Assembly: GCA_951406725.2 (NCBI GenBank)
Contig: OX597818.1
Location: 53,072,001-53,136,000 of the forward strand
DNA: 64,000 bases
Reading direction: 5' to 3'
From: Octopus vulgaris
Taxonomy: Eukaryota
Numbering within the stretch: position 1 is the first letter of the stretch; every line of letters begins with the position of its first letter. The translations under genes were made by a program, and so were the position numbers. Shown here in pieces: positions 1 through 13,131 of the stretch. The notes under the pieces are model-generated. The model searched no databases. It had not been told where the DNA came from and saw only the letters and a program-made list of their open reading frames with translations.

Positions 1-108
1 AACGTTTGAGGAGCCATCACTGATTTCGATTGAGGCCTATTAAAGTACATGCTTCGTGAAAAGCTGAAACAAAACGTTAGTGTATAAAATAGGTGTAGGT
101 ATGTACGA

Positions 109-168
<60 letters not shown>

Positions 169-648
169 TATACACTAACATTTTTGTTCTGGCATTATCA
201 ATACATACAGATACACACACTCGCACAGATTTATGTATGTGTGTGTGTGTGTGTGTGTGTGTTTATATATATGCATATAAATATAGACATACACGCGTTC
301 ACACAGAAAGATAGGCTGGGGTAACAGATATTATTTTAAGCTAAAATTACATAGATTACGACTATATGAGCTTCAAGCTTTTCAACTTAAAATAAATTTA
401 TAACTTACACTACATCTTTGTATGCCTTTCTATACACCACCCGACATTATACACAGTTTTTGGATCGCTTTCATACATATAACCCCCCACATACACACAC
501 ACACATAAATATATATATATAGATAGATAGATAGATACAATATATATGTGCACACATATTCATAAGTGTGTGTGTAGCCAGTTTTTCAAGCTGAGAGGAT
601 GTAAAACTCTATTTGACTTTTTCTCTTTTACTTCTCATTTTCTCTGCC

Positions 649-679
649 CCCTGACGAAGGTTTGAATCCGAAACGTTGG
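649..679 (+). ncRNA. Minimal hammerhead motif (partly decayed stem II)
   Basis: CC-CTGACGA-A-GGTTTGAATCC-GAAA-CG-TT-GG. Confidence 0.6.
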
Positions 680-784
680 ATATTCCACTCCTCACGACAA
701 GTTCACTGTACCCCTTTCACTTTTCTATATATTCTCAAATCTTACCGACGCAGAGCTACTAGATAATTACATATATATACAGAC

Positions 785-983
785 GCCATGATAGATCATT
801 AGCTACTACACGCATTTTTTTCTCTCTTTGTTTCTCTCCTTGTTTATTTTTCTGTGTATCTTTCTGTGGAAGAGCGTAGACTCGAAACGTAAAATACTTT
901 TTCTATTCCTGAGCGTTATACTAATACATTTGTTTGTTTGTACACCACATGCCTTCATCTTTTGTTTATTTTCGTAAACTTTG

Positions 984-985
<2 letters not shown>
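785..985 (+). mobile_element. Hammerhead-like cassette family B (CUGUNGA core)
   Basis: TTT-CTGTGGA-A-GAG..CTC-GAAACGTA-AAA at 861-894; shares downstream CCTGAGCG..AATAC block with family A; (TA)n flanks. Confidence 0.7.
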
Positions 986-1014
<29 letters not shown>

Positions 1015-1018
<4 letters not shown>

Positions 1019-1244
1019 CATAAGGGACTAAAGCCATCTGAATATGGCTAGGGACATTTAGCCCCAGGCGAACATCAACGTCACCAGATAGGCTTGACAC
1101 CATCACGGTGTCAAAGGACACCGTGATGGTGTCAAGCCTATCTGGCGACGTTGATGTTCGCCTGGGGCTAAATGCAACAGTAACACCCCCACCACCCTGC
1201 CCTGTCCCTAGCCATATTCAGATGGCTTTAGTCCCTTATGTTAT
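1015..1244. repeat. Near-perfect fold-back palindrome (~98-bp arms, 30-nt asymmetric insert)
   Basis: Centre loop AAAG 1113-16; right arm has extra 1175-1204. Confidence 0.9.
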
Positions 1245-1286
1245 GGAGCAGTTACTGTCTATATCTCATTTAGAGAATTATTATTG

Positions 1287-1338
<52 letters not shown>

Positions 1339-1404
1339 CCACCCTTCCTCCTTTTGTATCTACTTCCTTCTCGCATTTTATCCTTTTTTTCTCCAGTTGA
1401 TCCG

Positions 1405-1741
1405 ATCAACGGAACAGCCTGCTTGTGAGATTAACTTGCAAGTGGCTGAGAACTCCACTGACACGTGTGCACATATCGTAGTTATCGGGGAGATTCAGCA
1501 TGGCACAAAGTGTGACAAGGCTGGCCCTTTGAAAGTCAGGCACAACAGAAAGAGGAAGAAAGACTGAGAGAAGGTTGTGGTGATAGAGTACAGCAGGGAT
1601 TGCAATCACCCCCTGCCGGAGCCTTGTGGAACTTTAGATGTTTTCGCTCAATAAACACTCGCAATGCCCAGTCTGGGAATCGAATCCGCAATCCTATGAC
1701 CGCGAGACCGCTGCCCTAACCACTGGTCAATTGTGCCTCAC
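1405..1741 (-). mobile_element. SINE family C, older copy
   Basis: Diverged reverse copy. Confidence 0.8.
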
Positions 1742-1754
1742 ACACAGACACACT

Positions 1755-1803
<49 letters not shown>

Positions 1804-2891
1804 AAACACAAACACACACACGCATACACACATATACATATATGAATCAGTCAACTTATTCTTTACGAAGTCCGTTTCCAACATATATAAGAGAAGTGCT
1901 AAATAACACATGGAAGTCAATCAATATTTACCGGCATGGCTGCAACATTACGCAAGATTGTTTATATAGGATAATGATGAAACGATTGTAAACGATGCAT
2001 TAAAGTGATTTGGTAGCACCATTCCTTCTATATCAACCATTATATATATATAAACTCCAATGCGGAAGGCTATCTGCTACCATCGGCGAGGCCATCTCTA
2101 CAGTTTGCGTTTCCTGTTCAAACAACTGTTATGGCTAATCGGAAGTTATTTCTCATGGGGTATGAACACATGAAATTTGCAGCTGGAAAATATACATCCG
2201 TGTGTGTGCGAATGCGTGCACAATTATACAGAACTTGTTTTTTGCATCATGTTTGAAAGTTTATCACTCGTGCCTTTTTTTGTACGAGTTATCTCCCATA
2301 TTACATCTCTCCCACTCCTTTATTATTAATATGAATAATTATACGTGACCGAATGCATGTGTATGTGTGTGTGTGCATGTGGGTCGTACATTGACGCATT
2401 GGCTTTGAAGGGAGATAACTCACCTCACAAATGTATATTTCCAAAGCGTGTTTCGAAAGAATTACGTGTATTTATGTCCAAGGGTATGTTTGTTCTTATA
2501 AGAAGGGAAACGCTTGTACTTACGTAAATTGAATAAGGAGGATTGTACCAAGTGATCTTTAGTTTTACATTTACATTACGTACTACTAGTTGTAGTATAA
2601 CGACGGAATATCCAGTTCTTAACCAGCAAAAGAAAAGAGCAATCAGGCATGGTGTTAAAAAAGAATCTTGCATAAGTAAAGAGTATGTAGCAAAATGTTT
2701 CACAGATTGTTTGTATTTCCGTGAAATTTTAAACGTACTTGTGGATTATTAAGTGTTAACCTCTGTGTGTATGTGCGTGTGTGTGTGTGTGTGTATGTGC
2801 GTGCGAGCGTGTATTTATAATTACCAATTAACATTTACATTAATCATAATTGCATTGTTAGTTGTAATGCTGTAAAAGCTTTGTTTTAATG

Positions 2892-2940
<49 letters not shown>

Positions 2941-3825
2941 TAACATATCATTATAATATCTTATTATATATATACACACACACACACACACACATCACAA
3001 CCACTGAGCGGTACCTTGGCAAGTATCTTTAATTATAGTCCTGGGCGGACCGAAGTCTGTGTGTAAATTTGGTAGACGGAAACCGAGAAAACCCCGTCGC
3101 ATATACAGCGGTTGGTCGAAATAATGGAAACACCTTAAAATTTCAAATAAATTTATTTTAATATGGGGTAGGACCGCTATTGGCAGTAATTACAGATTGA
3201 ATTCAGTAATTACAGATTGTGTGTGTGTGTGTGTGTATATATATATACATATATATATGTATTTATACGTGTATATATATGTGTGTGTGAGTATATATAT
3301 ATGCATACACTCACACACACACACACACACACACATATATACATATACATAACTTTCTTTTAAATTGTTACCCTCTGGCAGATTTCACTCACAAAGTACA
3401 TATGCATATATGCACGTGACTATGTATATGGGTATGTTTGAGTACAGAATCACGCAGTGCGCGCACCCCCCAACCAGAGGACGGTGGGTGCGACACAGGA
3501 TCCTGTTAGACTGTTTTGGCAGAGCCTAGAGTACTTTTTGCAGATTCCACTCTGTTGCAATCATTTGAAGTGAAACACATGTTGACCTCTGTCGCCGCTC
3601 ACGTTTTCTTGCAGACATGAACAGCAGTTGTTTACAAGAACTTGAAAGGGTTATAAGCACTGTCCCATCTTATCTGATTTACCGACTAAAAATATATTTG
3701 ACGACTGAGATTCAAAAGTTAGGTTTATCGGTCATATAAAACAATATACTTATGATAACATCTAAAACTTTTTAATGTGATGCACTAAAAATTGATGAGT
3801 CTGTTTACAAAATTTTACCTGTTTG

Positions 3826-4059
3826 TTATTTCTTTACTGCCCACAAGGGGCTACACACAGAGGGGACAAACAAGGATAGACAAATGGATTAAGTCGATTA
3901 CATCGACCCCAGTGCGCATCTGGTTCTTAATTAATCGACCCCGAAAGGATGAAAGGCAAAGTCGACCTCGGCGGGATTTGAACTCAGAACGTAACGGCAG
4001 ACAAAATACCGGTAAACATTTTACCCGGCGTGTTAACGTTTCTGCCAGCTCGCCACCTT
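3826..4059 (-). mobile_element. SINE family B monomer
   Basis: Head GGCGAGCTGGCAGAAACGTTA..GAGTTCAAATCCC; centre GCCTTTCATCCTTTCGGGGTCGAT; tail AGCCCCTTGTGGG..AAAGAAATA. Confidence 0.85.
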
Positions 4060-4213
4060 TAGAAAGTGTCTTATAGCTACGGGTCAACCAACACCTTGTC
4101 AGCGAATTTGGCAGGTAAAAACTGTATAGATTTCCCCCATTCTATCTGTCTCTCTCTTTCTCCATTTATATATATATATATATATATATACACGTATATA
4201 TATATATATACAC

Positions 4214-4277
<64 letters not shown>

Positions 4278-4397
4278 GTAACAATTGTAGTGGCGGTTTA
4301 TTTACTTTATATTAAAATTGTTTATGTATTGATTAAGTCTTTCCTTGTTTGATTTGCAAAATAGTGGTTTTGTCTCGAATTAATATTATATATATAC

Positions 4398-4462
<65 letters not shown>

Positions 4463-4466
4463 TATA

Positions 4467-4750
4467 TCACGTGATCACGTGACCGACCAGACAATCTGAT
4501 GTTGTTACACATCGCTGGTCACAATGCGCTTCGCATTGTTTTAGCCTTCGAATGACGCCACCCCGCTGGCTAAGCGAGCAGACCAACAGAAGAAAGAGTG
4601 AGAGAAAGAGTGGTGAAAGAGTACAGCAGGGATCACCACTTTTAGGTGTTTTCGCTCAATAAACACTCATAACGCCCGGTCTGGAAATCGAAACCGCGAT
4701 CCTACGACCGCGAGTCCGCTGCCCTAACCACTGGGCTATTGCGCCTCCAC
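4467..4750 (-). mobile_element. SINE with family C head and a different tail
   Basis: Same tRNA-like head and body start; tail ends GGTCGGTCACGTGATCACGTGAT. Confidence 0.75.
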
Positions 4751-5437
4751 TCCCCCACACACACTCACACACACACATACGCACACACACACACATACAC
4801 ACACACACACATACACACACACACACACATATATATATATATTTATATGTATGTATGAAAAATATTGGCAGTTCGTTAACCAGTATTAAAATTAAGTACT
4901 CAAGATTTTTTGTACAGAGTAGCTATGTGACTTCAAGCTATGTTCTTGAAGCGTTTCAATCTAAAGATCTTCTAAAGTTAATAACTTTGTTTAAGATGTT
5001 TTAAAAAACAAGGAAAAAGAAAGAAAATAAAGACGGGAATATGCGGGAATTAAGGCGTAGTTGTTCTAAGCTAATGTTTCATAAGAAGGATTTTATAACA
5101 TTCGAATTTTAAACAAACAATTGGATGGAAAATATGGGTGCTTTTTGCGAGAAGATAAGAGGTTAATGAGAGAGGGTGAGAGAGAGGGGGAAGAGAAACA
5201 CAAACAACAAATAAATAGAGCGAGATTGGAGTGGGAGAGAGTTAGCAACGCCTGGTTTCGTCTTTTTGGATTTTGGACATAGAGAGAATGAAAAACGGGG
5301 ATGAGAACAAAAAGAGAAAAAAGGGATCTTTTCGGTTTGAACGGCAGTTTTTAACATAATTTCTAGGTAACTAAACAGTTTTAAACTTCGTATACTGGTA
5401 GAATGTGTTTATAAAACATCTTTTTCTCTTGGCTTTT

Positions 5438-5903
5438 CCTAATGAAAGGTTTAGCGAAATCAAGAACATTGATTAAGCAGTGTACTAAACAATCTTCAAT
5501 ATTCCACTTAGAAATTTAGCAGTATCATGTATTGATGTTCTATTGTGTCTGGAGAGAGTCATTTTCTTTTTGTGCCTTATTATTTAACACACTCACCGGT
5601 AAAATTTCCACTTTTTCTTATTTTTATTTTCCTAAAATTTTTCGTTCCCTCTTGCAAACTTTTCACAAAACTATTGAAAAGGTTGCAAGACTCAACAAAA
5701 ATGTTTTAAAAATAAAAAATAAAAAAAAAGTGGAAATTTTACCGGTGAGTGTGTTACATAATAAGGCACAAAAAGAAAATGACTCTCCCCAGACACAATA
5801 GAACATCAATACATTATACTGCTAAATTTCTAAGTGTAATATTGAAGATTGTTTAGTACATTGCTTAATCAATGTTCTTGATTTCGCTAAACCTTTCATT
5901 AGG
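5438..5903. repeat. Long inverted repeat (~230-bp arms)
   Basis: CCTAATGAAAGGTTTAGCG...CGCTAAACCTTTCATTAGG; centre ~5670; related single arm at ~42910-43265. Confidence 0.9.
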
Positions 5904-6222
5904 ATCAAGGGTTCTGATGTTCATTTCATTTTACCTGCACGCAAAATAATCGTGAATTACAAAGATAACATTTGTATTTAAAAATAAAGTTATCTTTCAA
6001 CAATCTGTTTAATGGTTACATTAAACTGAGTGCTGGACGATATTCTATAAATGGCTTTAAATTAATGATTCACCTGAAATTAGCAATTTCATTGGCCTTT
6101 TCATTTTGCGTAAACTCAAAATTAAAACTTCTAAAACGGGAGGACTATATAACCAGATGGTAACCATGCGTTTTTTTTTAGAATTGCAACTCTCAAACAG
6201 TTAAACTCGAGAAAATCTAGAT

Positions 6223-6472
6223 ACTCTTTTACTTGTTTCAGTCATTTGACTGTGGCCATGCTGGAGCACCGCCATTTAGTCGAGCAAATCGACCCCCCAG
6301 GACTTATTCTTTCGAAGCCTAGTACTTATTCTATCGGTTCGCTTTTTGCCGAACCGCTAAGTTACGGGGACGTAAACACACCACCATCGGTTGTCAAGCG
6401 ATGTTGGGGGGACAAACACAGACACACAAACATATACACACACATACAAACATATATATATATATATGTATG

Positions 6473-6506
<34 letters not shown>

Positions 6507-6695
6507 TGTATGTATGTATGTATATACATATATACGACGGGCGTCTTTCAGTTTCCGTCTATCAAATCCAGTCACAAGGCTTTGGTCGGCCCGAGGCTAT
6601 AGTAGAAGACACTTACCCAAGGTGCTACGCAGTGGGAATGAACCCGGAACTATGTGGTTGGTAAGCAAGCAGCTTACCACACAGCCACTCCTGCA
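6223..6695 (-). mobile_element. SINE family A (most abundant; internal microsatellite, CR1-like tail)
   Basis: Head GGAGTGGCTGTGTGGTAAG..GGGTTCAGTCCC; tail CCAGCATGGCCGCAGTCAAATGACTGAAACAAGTAAAAGAG. Partial copies also near 3005, 13750, 19930, 23215, 24075, 24260, 27490, 29440, 42300 and 47630. Confidence 0.9.
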
Positions 6696-6997
6696 CCTGT
6701 CTTTTTTGGGTTTTTTTCAGAAATTTAGATACTACGTTACTATAGAAACCAACCTCAGTAAAGTGTTAACTCATTCGAAATTACCGTACACCTATTTAAT
6801 TTACTGCATTACTTTTTCAGAAAAACTAAATGACTCCGAATTGCATACAAAATGTTCCTAATGATCCGATTTCCCACTTAGATTGTGTAGAGTCTCAGCT
6901 AGTAAGAAAATGTTCACTGCAGCTGCACCTTGCCTTACTGTAATGAGACCTCTGTTAGAAGTAGCTTAAAGAAACATCTCTTAGAATAAACACTATA

Positions 6998-7510
6998 TCT
7001 ATATATATAAAACTGTAGTTGTGTGAGTGTCTGTCCCCTTCGATTTAGATTCCTAACTACTCCCACATTTTGCGGTGCAGTTTAACCAAATTCGGGTATC
7101 TTATAGTCGTGATTCATATCGAGCCCGTCTGAGTATTAGCGCGCGTCTACGACGAGTCTACGATTTTAAAAATAATTTAACATTATTTTTTATTCCATTT
7201 TAATGCATAATTTTTCATGTGTCGATGGCGGCGGAGTTGGCGTCCATGGACACACCTGCACCTGTTTGCTTCTCCCCCTTCTTCCCTCCCTCCTGAAGCT
7301 GTGGGGAAGGGCGTGTAAGGAAATCAACGTCGTAAAGCGTTGCCAAGGAGACCAGCGTTCTTTTAGAACAACGACTTCATGGCTTGAAGACACCAAAACA
7401 AAAATGGCTAAGAAAGCCCGAATTGGCATCTATAAGGGAAGTAACTCTCTAAAAATGCTTATATAGTTATTTCCCTTACAAACCCGAGCAACGCCGGGCG
7501 ATACTGCTAG
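6998..7510 (+). mobile_element. Non-autonomous Helitron
   Basis: A|TCTATATATATAAAA start; CCCG..CGGG subterminal hairpin; CTAG|T end; no TSD. Confidence 0.75.
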
Positions 7511-7524
7511 TACAAATATAAATT

Positions 7525-8050
7525 GGGAAACGTCACTTGGCGTAACTCCCAGTTTAATTACACTATCTCATTCGCAAAGTCCTTTTATAAATTACTTAAG
7601 GAACACTTCCATCTACAATGTGGATATGAAATATTGAGTTAAAACACCACTACAAGATCTTATTCCATGGTACCAAATTTTAACCAAACCCTTGATTCAT
7701 CCAATGCACATAACCGCATGCATTAATCTTAACATATCATCTATGTTCCTAGCTTGCAATGCTAAACTAATAAGTCATCGTATAATTAGCTCGGTCTCAC
7801 CACTACACCTTTCAAGTTCCGCTATAATAATCACACACAGACGTTTCGGTACATATTGAAATAATGAAACGTCTTTATCATATTTCATGCGCGATTTAAA
7901 AGATAAGACTGTAATTTACAGTCTATGATGGAATAAGAATCCTATCCAGAATTAAGTAACATACAGGCAAAAAAGATCATGTAATCGGTGTACACATGAG
8001 ACCTTATCTTGCCAAAGAATCGATTTTTAAACCGAATGATAGTATTTCTT
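7525..8050 (+). pseudogene. Heavily decayed Penelope-like GIY-YIG endonuclease region
   Basis: Fragments SFAKSFYKLLKEHF, LGLTTTPFKFRYNNHTQTFRY (YIG...FK.RY..H motif), NETSLSYFMRDLK, CNRCTHE; many stops. Confidence 0.6.
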
Positions 8051-8380
8051 TTGCATAAATAAAACCTAAAACTCGCTACACTATAAAACTAGAGCATTTT
8101 CTCTCTGGATAATACTTATTTGTGAATTAGAACTGTCTAGATATAATTATTTAACTATCTTTGGGAATTCTAATTATATTGTTTATCAATCTTCTGCCTT
8201 GTGATACTCCTGCTATCAGTAGCACGTTTTCACGGTAGCTTTTTCTTTTTTATATTCCACAAACATATTAGAAACTCATTTGTTACTTGTAATCTAACAA
8301 CTTACATTTACAGTAGTTTCTCATGCCAGTTCAAATACGCAACACATCTCTTACCGCAAACCTAAACCTAACTCAAAACT

Positions 8381-8790
8381 ACAGGAGTGGCTGTGTGGTA
8401 AGTAGCTTGCTTACCAACCACATGGTTCCGGGTTCAGTCCCACTGCGTGGCATCTTGGGCAAGTGTCTTCTGCTATAGCCCCGGGCCGACCAATGCCCTG
8501 TGAGTGGATTTGGTAGACGGAAACTGAAAGAAGCCCGTCGTATATATGTATATATATATTCGTATGTGTGTGTGTGTTTGTGTGTCTGTGTTTGTCCCCC
8601 CAGCATTGCTTGACAACCGATGCTGGTGTGTTTATGTCCCCGTTACTTAGCGGTTCGGCAAAAGAGACCGATAGAATAAGTACTGGGCTTACAAAAAGAA
8701 TAAGTCTCGGGGTCGAGTTGCTCGATCAAAGGCGGTGCTCCAGCATGGCCGCAGTCAAATGACTGAAACAAGTAAAAGAGTAAAAGAGTA
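8381..8790 (+). mobile_element. SINE family A
   Basis: Full head-to-tail copy. Confidence 0.9.
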
Positions 8791-9306
8791 ATTAATTAGG
8801 AGTCTTCACCAAAAGTAGTATAAACGTTTAAGCCAAAATATAATTAAGCAGCATTATTTTAAATTAACCATTCTTTAACTAATTATCTCTTTTAGGTACC
8901 AACTACCTCACATATCAGCATCTATAGTAAATCTTCGCTCTGCCTACCCCTACCTGACTATTTTTATCAACTTCACAATTTCGCTCTTAGTACATTATAC
9001 AACTAACCAACATAACGCCATCCATTTGTAACATTCGCACCGCTAATTATACACTTGTATTTATTTTGAACATCACAATTAATTTTCACTTCCTATTTAC
9101 AGCTAATTACTTACTACTATTTTCTGAACATATCACCTTTTTACAAACAGACTTATTGCCTGTTGCATAGAAGCATGGAACTTAATATCGTATCTAATGT
9201 AATCAAAAACTCAACGTTTCTACCAACAGATTCTTTCAAAGCTGATCTCAAAAGAATTCCGAAACACAGCCAGAGAATGTATACAAAACCGTAAGATGTA
9301 TATCTT

Positions 9307-9500
9307 TTATCTTTTACTTGTTTCCAGTTATTAGATTGCGACTATGCTTGGGCACCGCCTCCTAAAATTTTACTTCTTATTCCATCGATCTCTTTTGCCG
9401 AACCGCTAAGTTTTTCTCAGACGTGATCATACCAATACCGGTTGTCAAGCGGTTGTGTGGGACAAACACATGCACAGACACACACAAACACAGACACACA

Positions 9501-9559
<59 letters not shown>

Positions 9560-9596
9560 GTATATGTACCCGTTGTACACACACACTCACACACAC

Positions 9597-9653
<57 letters not shown>

Positions 9654-9672
9654 CATAGATAGATAGATAGGT

Positions 9673-9717
<45 letters not shown>

Positions 9718-9796
9718 TAGATAGATAGATAGATAGATACATAGATACATAGATAGATAGATACATAGATACATAGATACATAGATAGATTGATAA

Positions 9797-9852
<56 letters not shown>

Positions 9853-9884
9853 GTAGGTAGATAGGTAGATATATATATAGATAT

Positions 9885-9939
<55 letters not shown>

Positions 9940-9996
9940 CATAGATACATAGATAGATAGATACATAGATACATAGATACATAGATAGATTGATAA

Positions 9997-10070
<74 letters not shown>

Positions 10071-10235
10071 GATAGATGACGGACTTCTTTCAGTTTTTTT
10101 CAGTTTCAGTCTAGCAAAGCCATTCACAAGGCTTTGATCTGCACGAGGTTATAGTGGAAGACACATGCCTAAGGTGCCACGCAGTGAGACTGACTCTGAA
10201 AACATGTGGTTACCACTCAGCCACGACTGTACCTA
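9307..10235 (-). mobile_element. SINE family A, old copy with ~600-bp expanded internal (CA)/(TA)/(GATA) tract
   Basis: Tail 9307-9480, head 10078-10235, microsatellites between. Confidence 0.75.
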
Positions 10236-10366
10236 TATAATTAAAATGATTTAATTCCACTTTACTGAACCTCAAGTTGCATTTTGGAACGCTATAGAAA
10301 TACGCAGTTACAAACCTCCCCTAAAACTACCTCAAAACACCAACAATTATAATAAAATATTAATTT

Positions 10367-11196
10367 TTTCTACTCTAGGCACAAGGCCCGAAACTTTTGG
10401 GGAGGAGGCCAGTCGATTAGGTAGATGGCAGTACGCAACTAGTACGTAATTTATCGACCCCGAAAAGATGAAAGGCAAAGTCGACCTCGGCTGAATTTGA
10501 ACTCAGAACATAAAGACAGACGAAATACCGCTAAGTATTTCGCCCGGCGTGCTAACGTTTCTGATTTCTTATTGCCCGCAAGGGCCTAAACATAGAGGGG
10601 ACAAACAAGGACAGACAAACGGATTAAGTCGATTACATCGACCCAAATGCGTAACTGGTACTTAATTTATCGACCCCGAAAGTATGAAAGGCAAAGTCGA
10701 CCTCGGCGGAATTTGAACCCAGAACGTAGCGGCAGACGAAATACCTATTTCTTTACTACCCACAAGGGGCTAAACACAGAGAGGAGAAACAAGCACAGAC
10801 AAACGGATTAAGTCGATTATATTGACTCCAGTGCGTAACTGGTACCTATTTAATCGACCCCGAAAGGATGAAAGGTAAAGTCGACCTCGGCGGAATTTGA
10901 ACTCAGAACGTAGCGGCAGACGAAATACGGCTACTCATTTCGTCCGGCATGCTAACGTTTCTTATTTCTTCATCGCACACAAGGGGCTAAACATAAAGGG
11001 GACAAACAAGGACAGACAAACGGATTAAGTCGATTACATTGACCCAAATGCGTAACTGGTACTTAATTTATCGACCCCGAAAGTATGAAAGGCAAAGTTG
11101 ACCTCGGCGGAATTTGAATTCAGAACGTCGCGACGGGTGAAATACCGCTAAGCATTTAGCCCTTTCGTGCTAACGTTTCTGCCATCTCGCCACCTT
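10367..11196 (-). mobile_element. SINE family B tandem array (4 body units)
   Basis: ~180-215-bp repeated units after a single head. Confidence 0.88.
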
Positions 11197-11407
11197 TTTA
11201 TAATGAAATATTAATGACAACGAAAGAGGGCTCAATGCGGTCTCTCTATCTGCTAGAAAACAACGAAATTTGCTTTATATCAGACCGGCTGTCTTAAAAT
11301 TGAAGAATGCATTCGATTTCTTAGTTGTAGATATGTTATGCCTAAAAAGAGACGTAATGATCATAGTTGGAATGCCTTAACCATAAATCTATTCAATTAT
11401 GCTTAAA

Positions 11408-11819
11408 CTCTTTTACTCTTTTACTTGTTTCATTCATTCGACTGCGGCCATGCTGGAGCACCGCCTTTAGTCGAGCAACTCGACCCCGGGACTTATTCTT
11501 TGTAAGCCCAGTACTTATTCTATCGGTCTCTTTTGCCGAACCGCTAAGTGACGAGGACGTAAACACACCAGCATCGGTTGTCAAGCAATGCTAGGGGGAC
11601 AAACACAGACACACAAACACACACACACATACATATACATATATATACATATATACGACGGGCTTCTTTCAGTTTCCGTCTACCAAATCCATTCACAAGG
11701 CATTGGTCGGCCCGGGGCTATAGCAGAAGACACTTGCCCAAGATGCCACGCAGGGGGACTGAACCCAGAACCACGTGGTTGGTTAGCAAGCTACTTACCA
11801 CACAGCCACTCCTACGCCT
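11408..11819 (-). mobile_element. SINE family A
   Basis: Full copy. Confidence 0.9.
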
Positions 11820-12309
11820 GTGCTTAACATCACCGACAAAATATAAACTGGGACCATCAACCGACAAAGTTTTATGAAACGTTAAGATATTTATGTAATT
11901 CTTCTTCTGACCGCTTAAGAGCGAGAAACGATACAAAGTCGTTGTATGAAGATTGCAAATGAAACCCACTTGAATAGAGTTGAAATAACTCTCAGATACA
12001 AGTGTCTGTCTCTCAATGACAATTGCGAATGGGAAGATAAAAACTATAAACGTTAATTTGATGTCATAATTTGGAAACTATACAGAGACATGAGGTGATT
12101 ACTATCAAAATAACGAACCGGTATTGAACTTCTGCAAGGTTATCTCGACCTACTAGAAACATCAGCGCCAAATCTTCCTCAAATCAGATACTATCCATTC
12201 TCAAAATGTTAAGATACACTGCAGAGATTGGTCTGGGTTATGCTGAATAATACACACACACACACACACACACACATACACACACACATTTACATACATG
12301 CATATATAC

Positions 12310-12389
<80 letters not shown>

Positions 12390-12689
12390 ATTTATATTTA
12401 TATTTATATAATTATTATTTGAGGGAATATTATTCCTAACTTACAGGGAAAAATTCAATTTAGAAATATTAAATCAAATTTCACAAAATATAATATATAT
12501 ATATATATATATATAAATTAGGGAAAAAACCCCACATTTTATCAATTCAAAACGACCAATTAAATTACACCATCTAGAAAATTACATATAATAGAAATAT
12601 TAAAATTAAAATAACGATAATATACCGATGATTAAGTAAATTGCAAAAAATAATAAAAACGTATACACACACACACACGCACGCACACA

Positions 12690-12736
<47 letters not shown>

Positions 12737-12737
12737 G

Positions 12738-13131
12738 GCACAGGAGTGGTTGTGTGGTAAGTAGCTTGCTTACCAACCACATGGTTCTGGGTTCAGTCCC
12801 ACTGCGTGGCACCTTGGGCAAGTGTCTTCTACTATAGCCTCGGGCCGACTAAAAACTTGTGACTGGATTTGACTGACGGAAACTGAAAGAAGCCCGTCAT
12901 ATATATGTATATGTATATTATATGTGTGTATTTGTGTGTGTGTGTGTGTTTGTGCCCCCTACATCGCTTCACAACCTATGCTAGTGTGTAACTTCGCGGT
13001 TCCGCAAAAGAGACCGATAGAATAAGTACTAGGCTTACAAAGAATAAGTCCTGTGGTCGATTTGCTCGACTAAAGGCGGTGCTCCAGCATGGCCGCAGCC
13101 AAATGACTGAAACAGTTAAAGGAGTAAAAGA
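12738..13131 (+). mobile_element. SINE family A
   Basis: Full copy. Confidence 0.88.

Noticed and set aside
1-90. Possible LINE ORF2 C-terminal remnant (KYMLREKLK)
   Set aside because: Too short, frameshifted and cut by the window edge.
3105-3210. Tc1-like terminal sequence TACAGCGGTTGGTCGAAATAATGGAAACACC
   Set aside because: No matching opposite terminus found in the window.
9417-10127. Long ORFs of YLSI/YVCM/HTHT/IYIY repeats throughout (e.g. 9417, 36445, 57948)
   Set aside because: Stop-free translations of microsatellites; no coding signal.
10367-11196. Regularly spaced repeats resembling a CRISPR array
   Set aside because: Whole ~180-215-bp units repeat with no unique spacers; eukaryotic SINE context, no cas genes.
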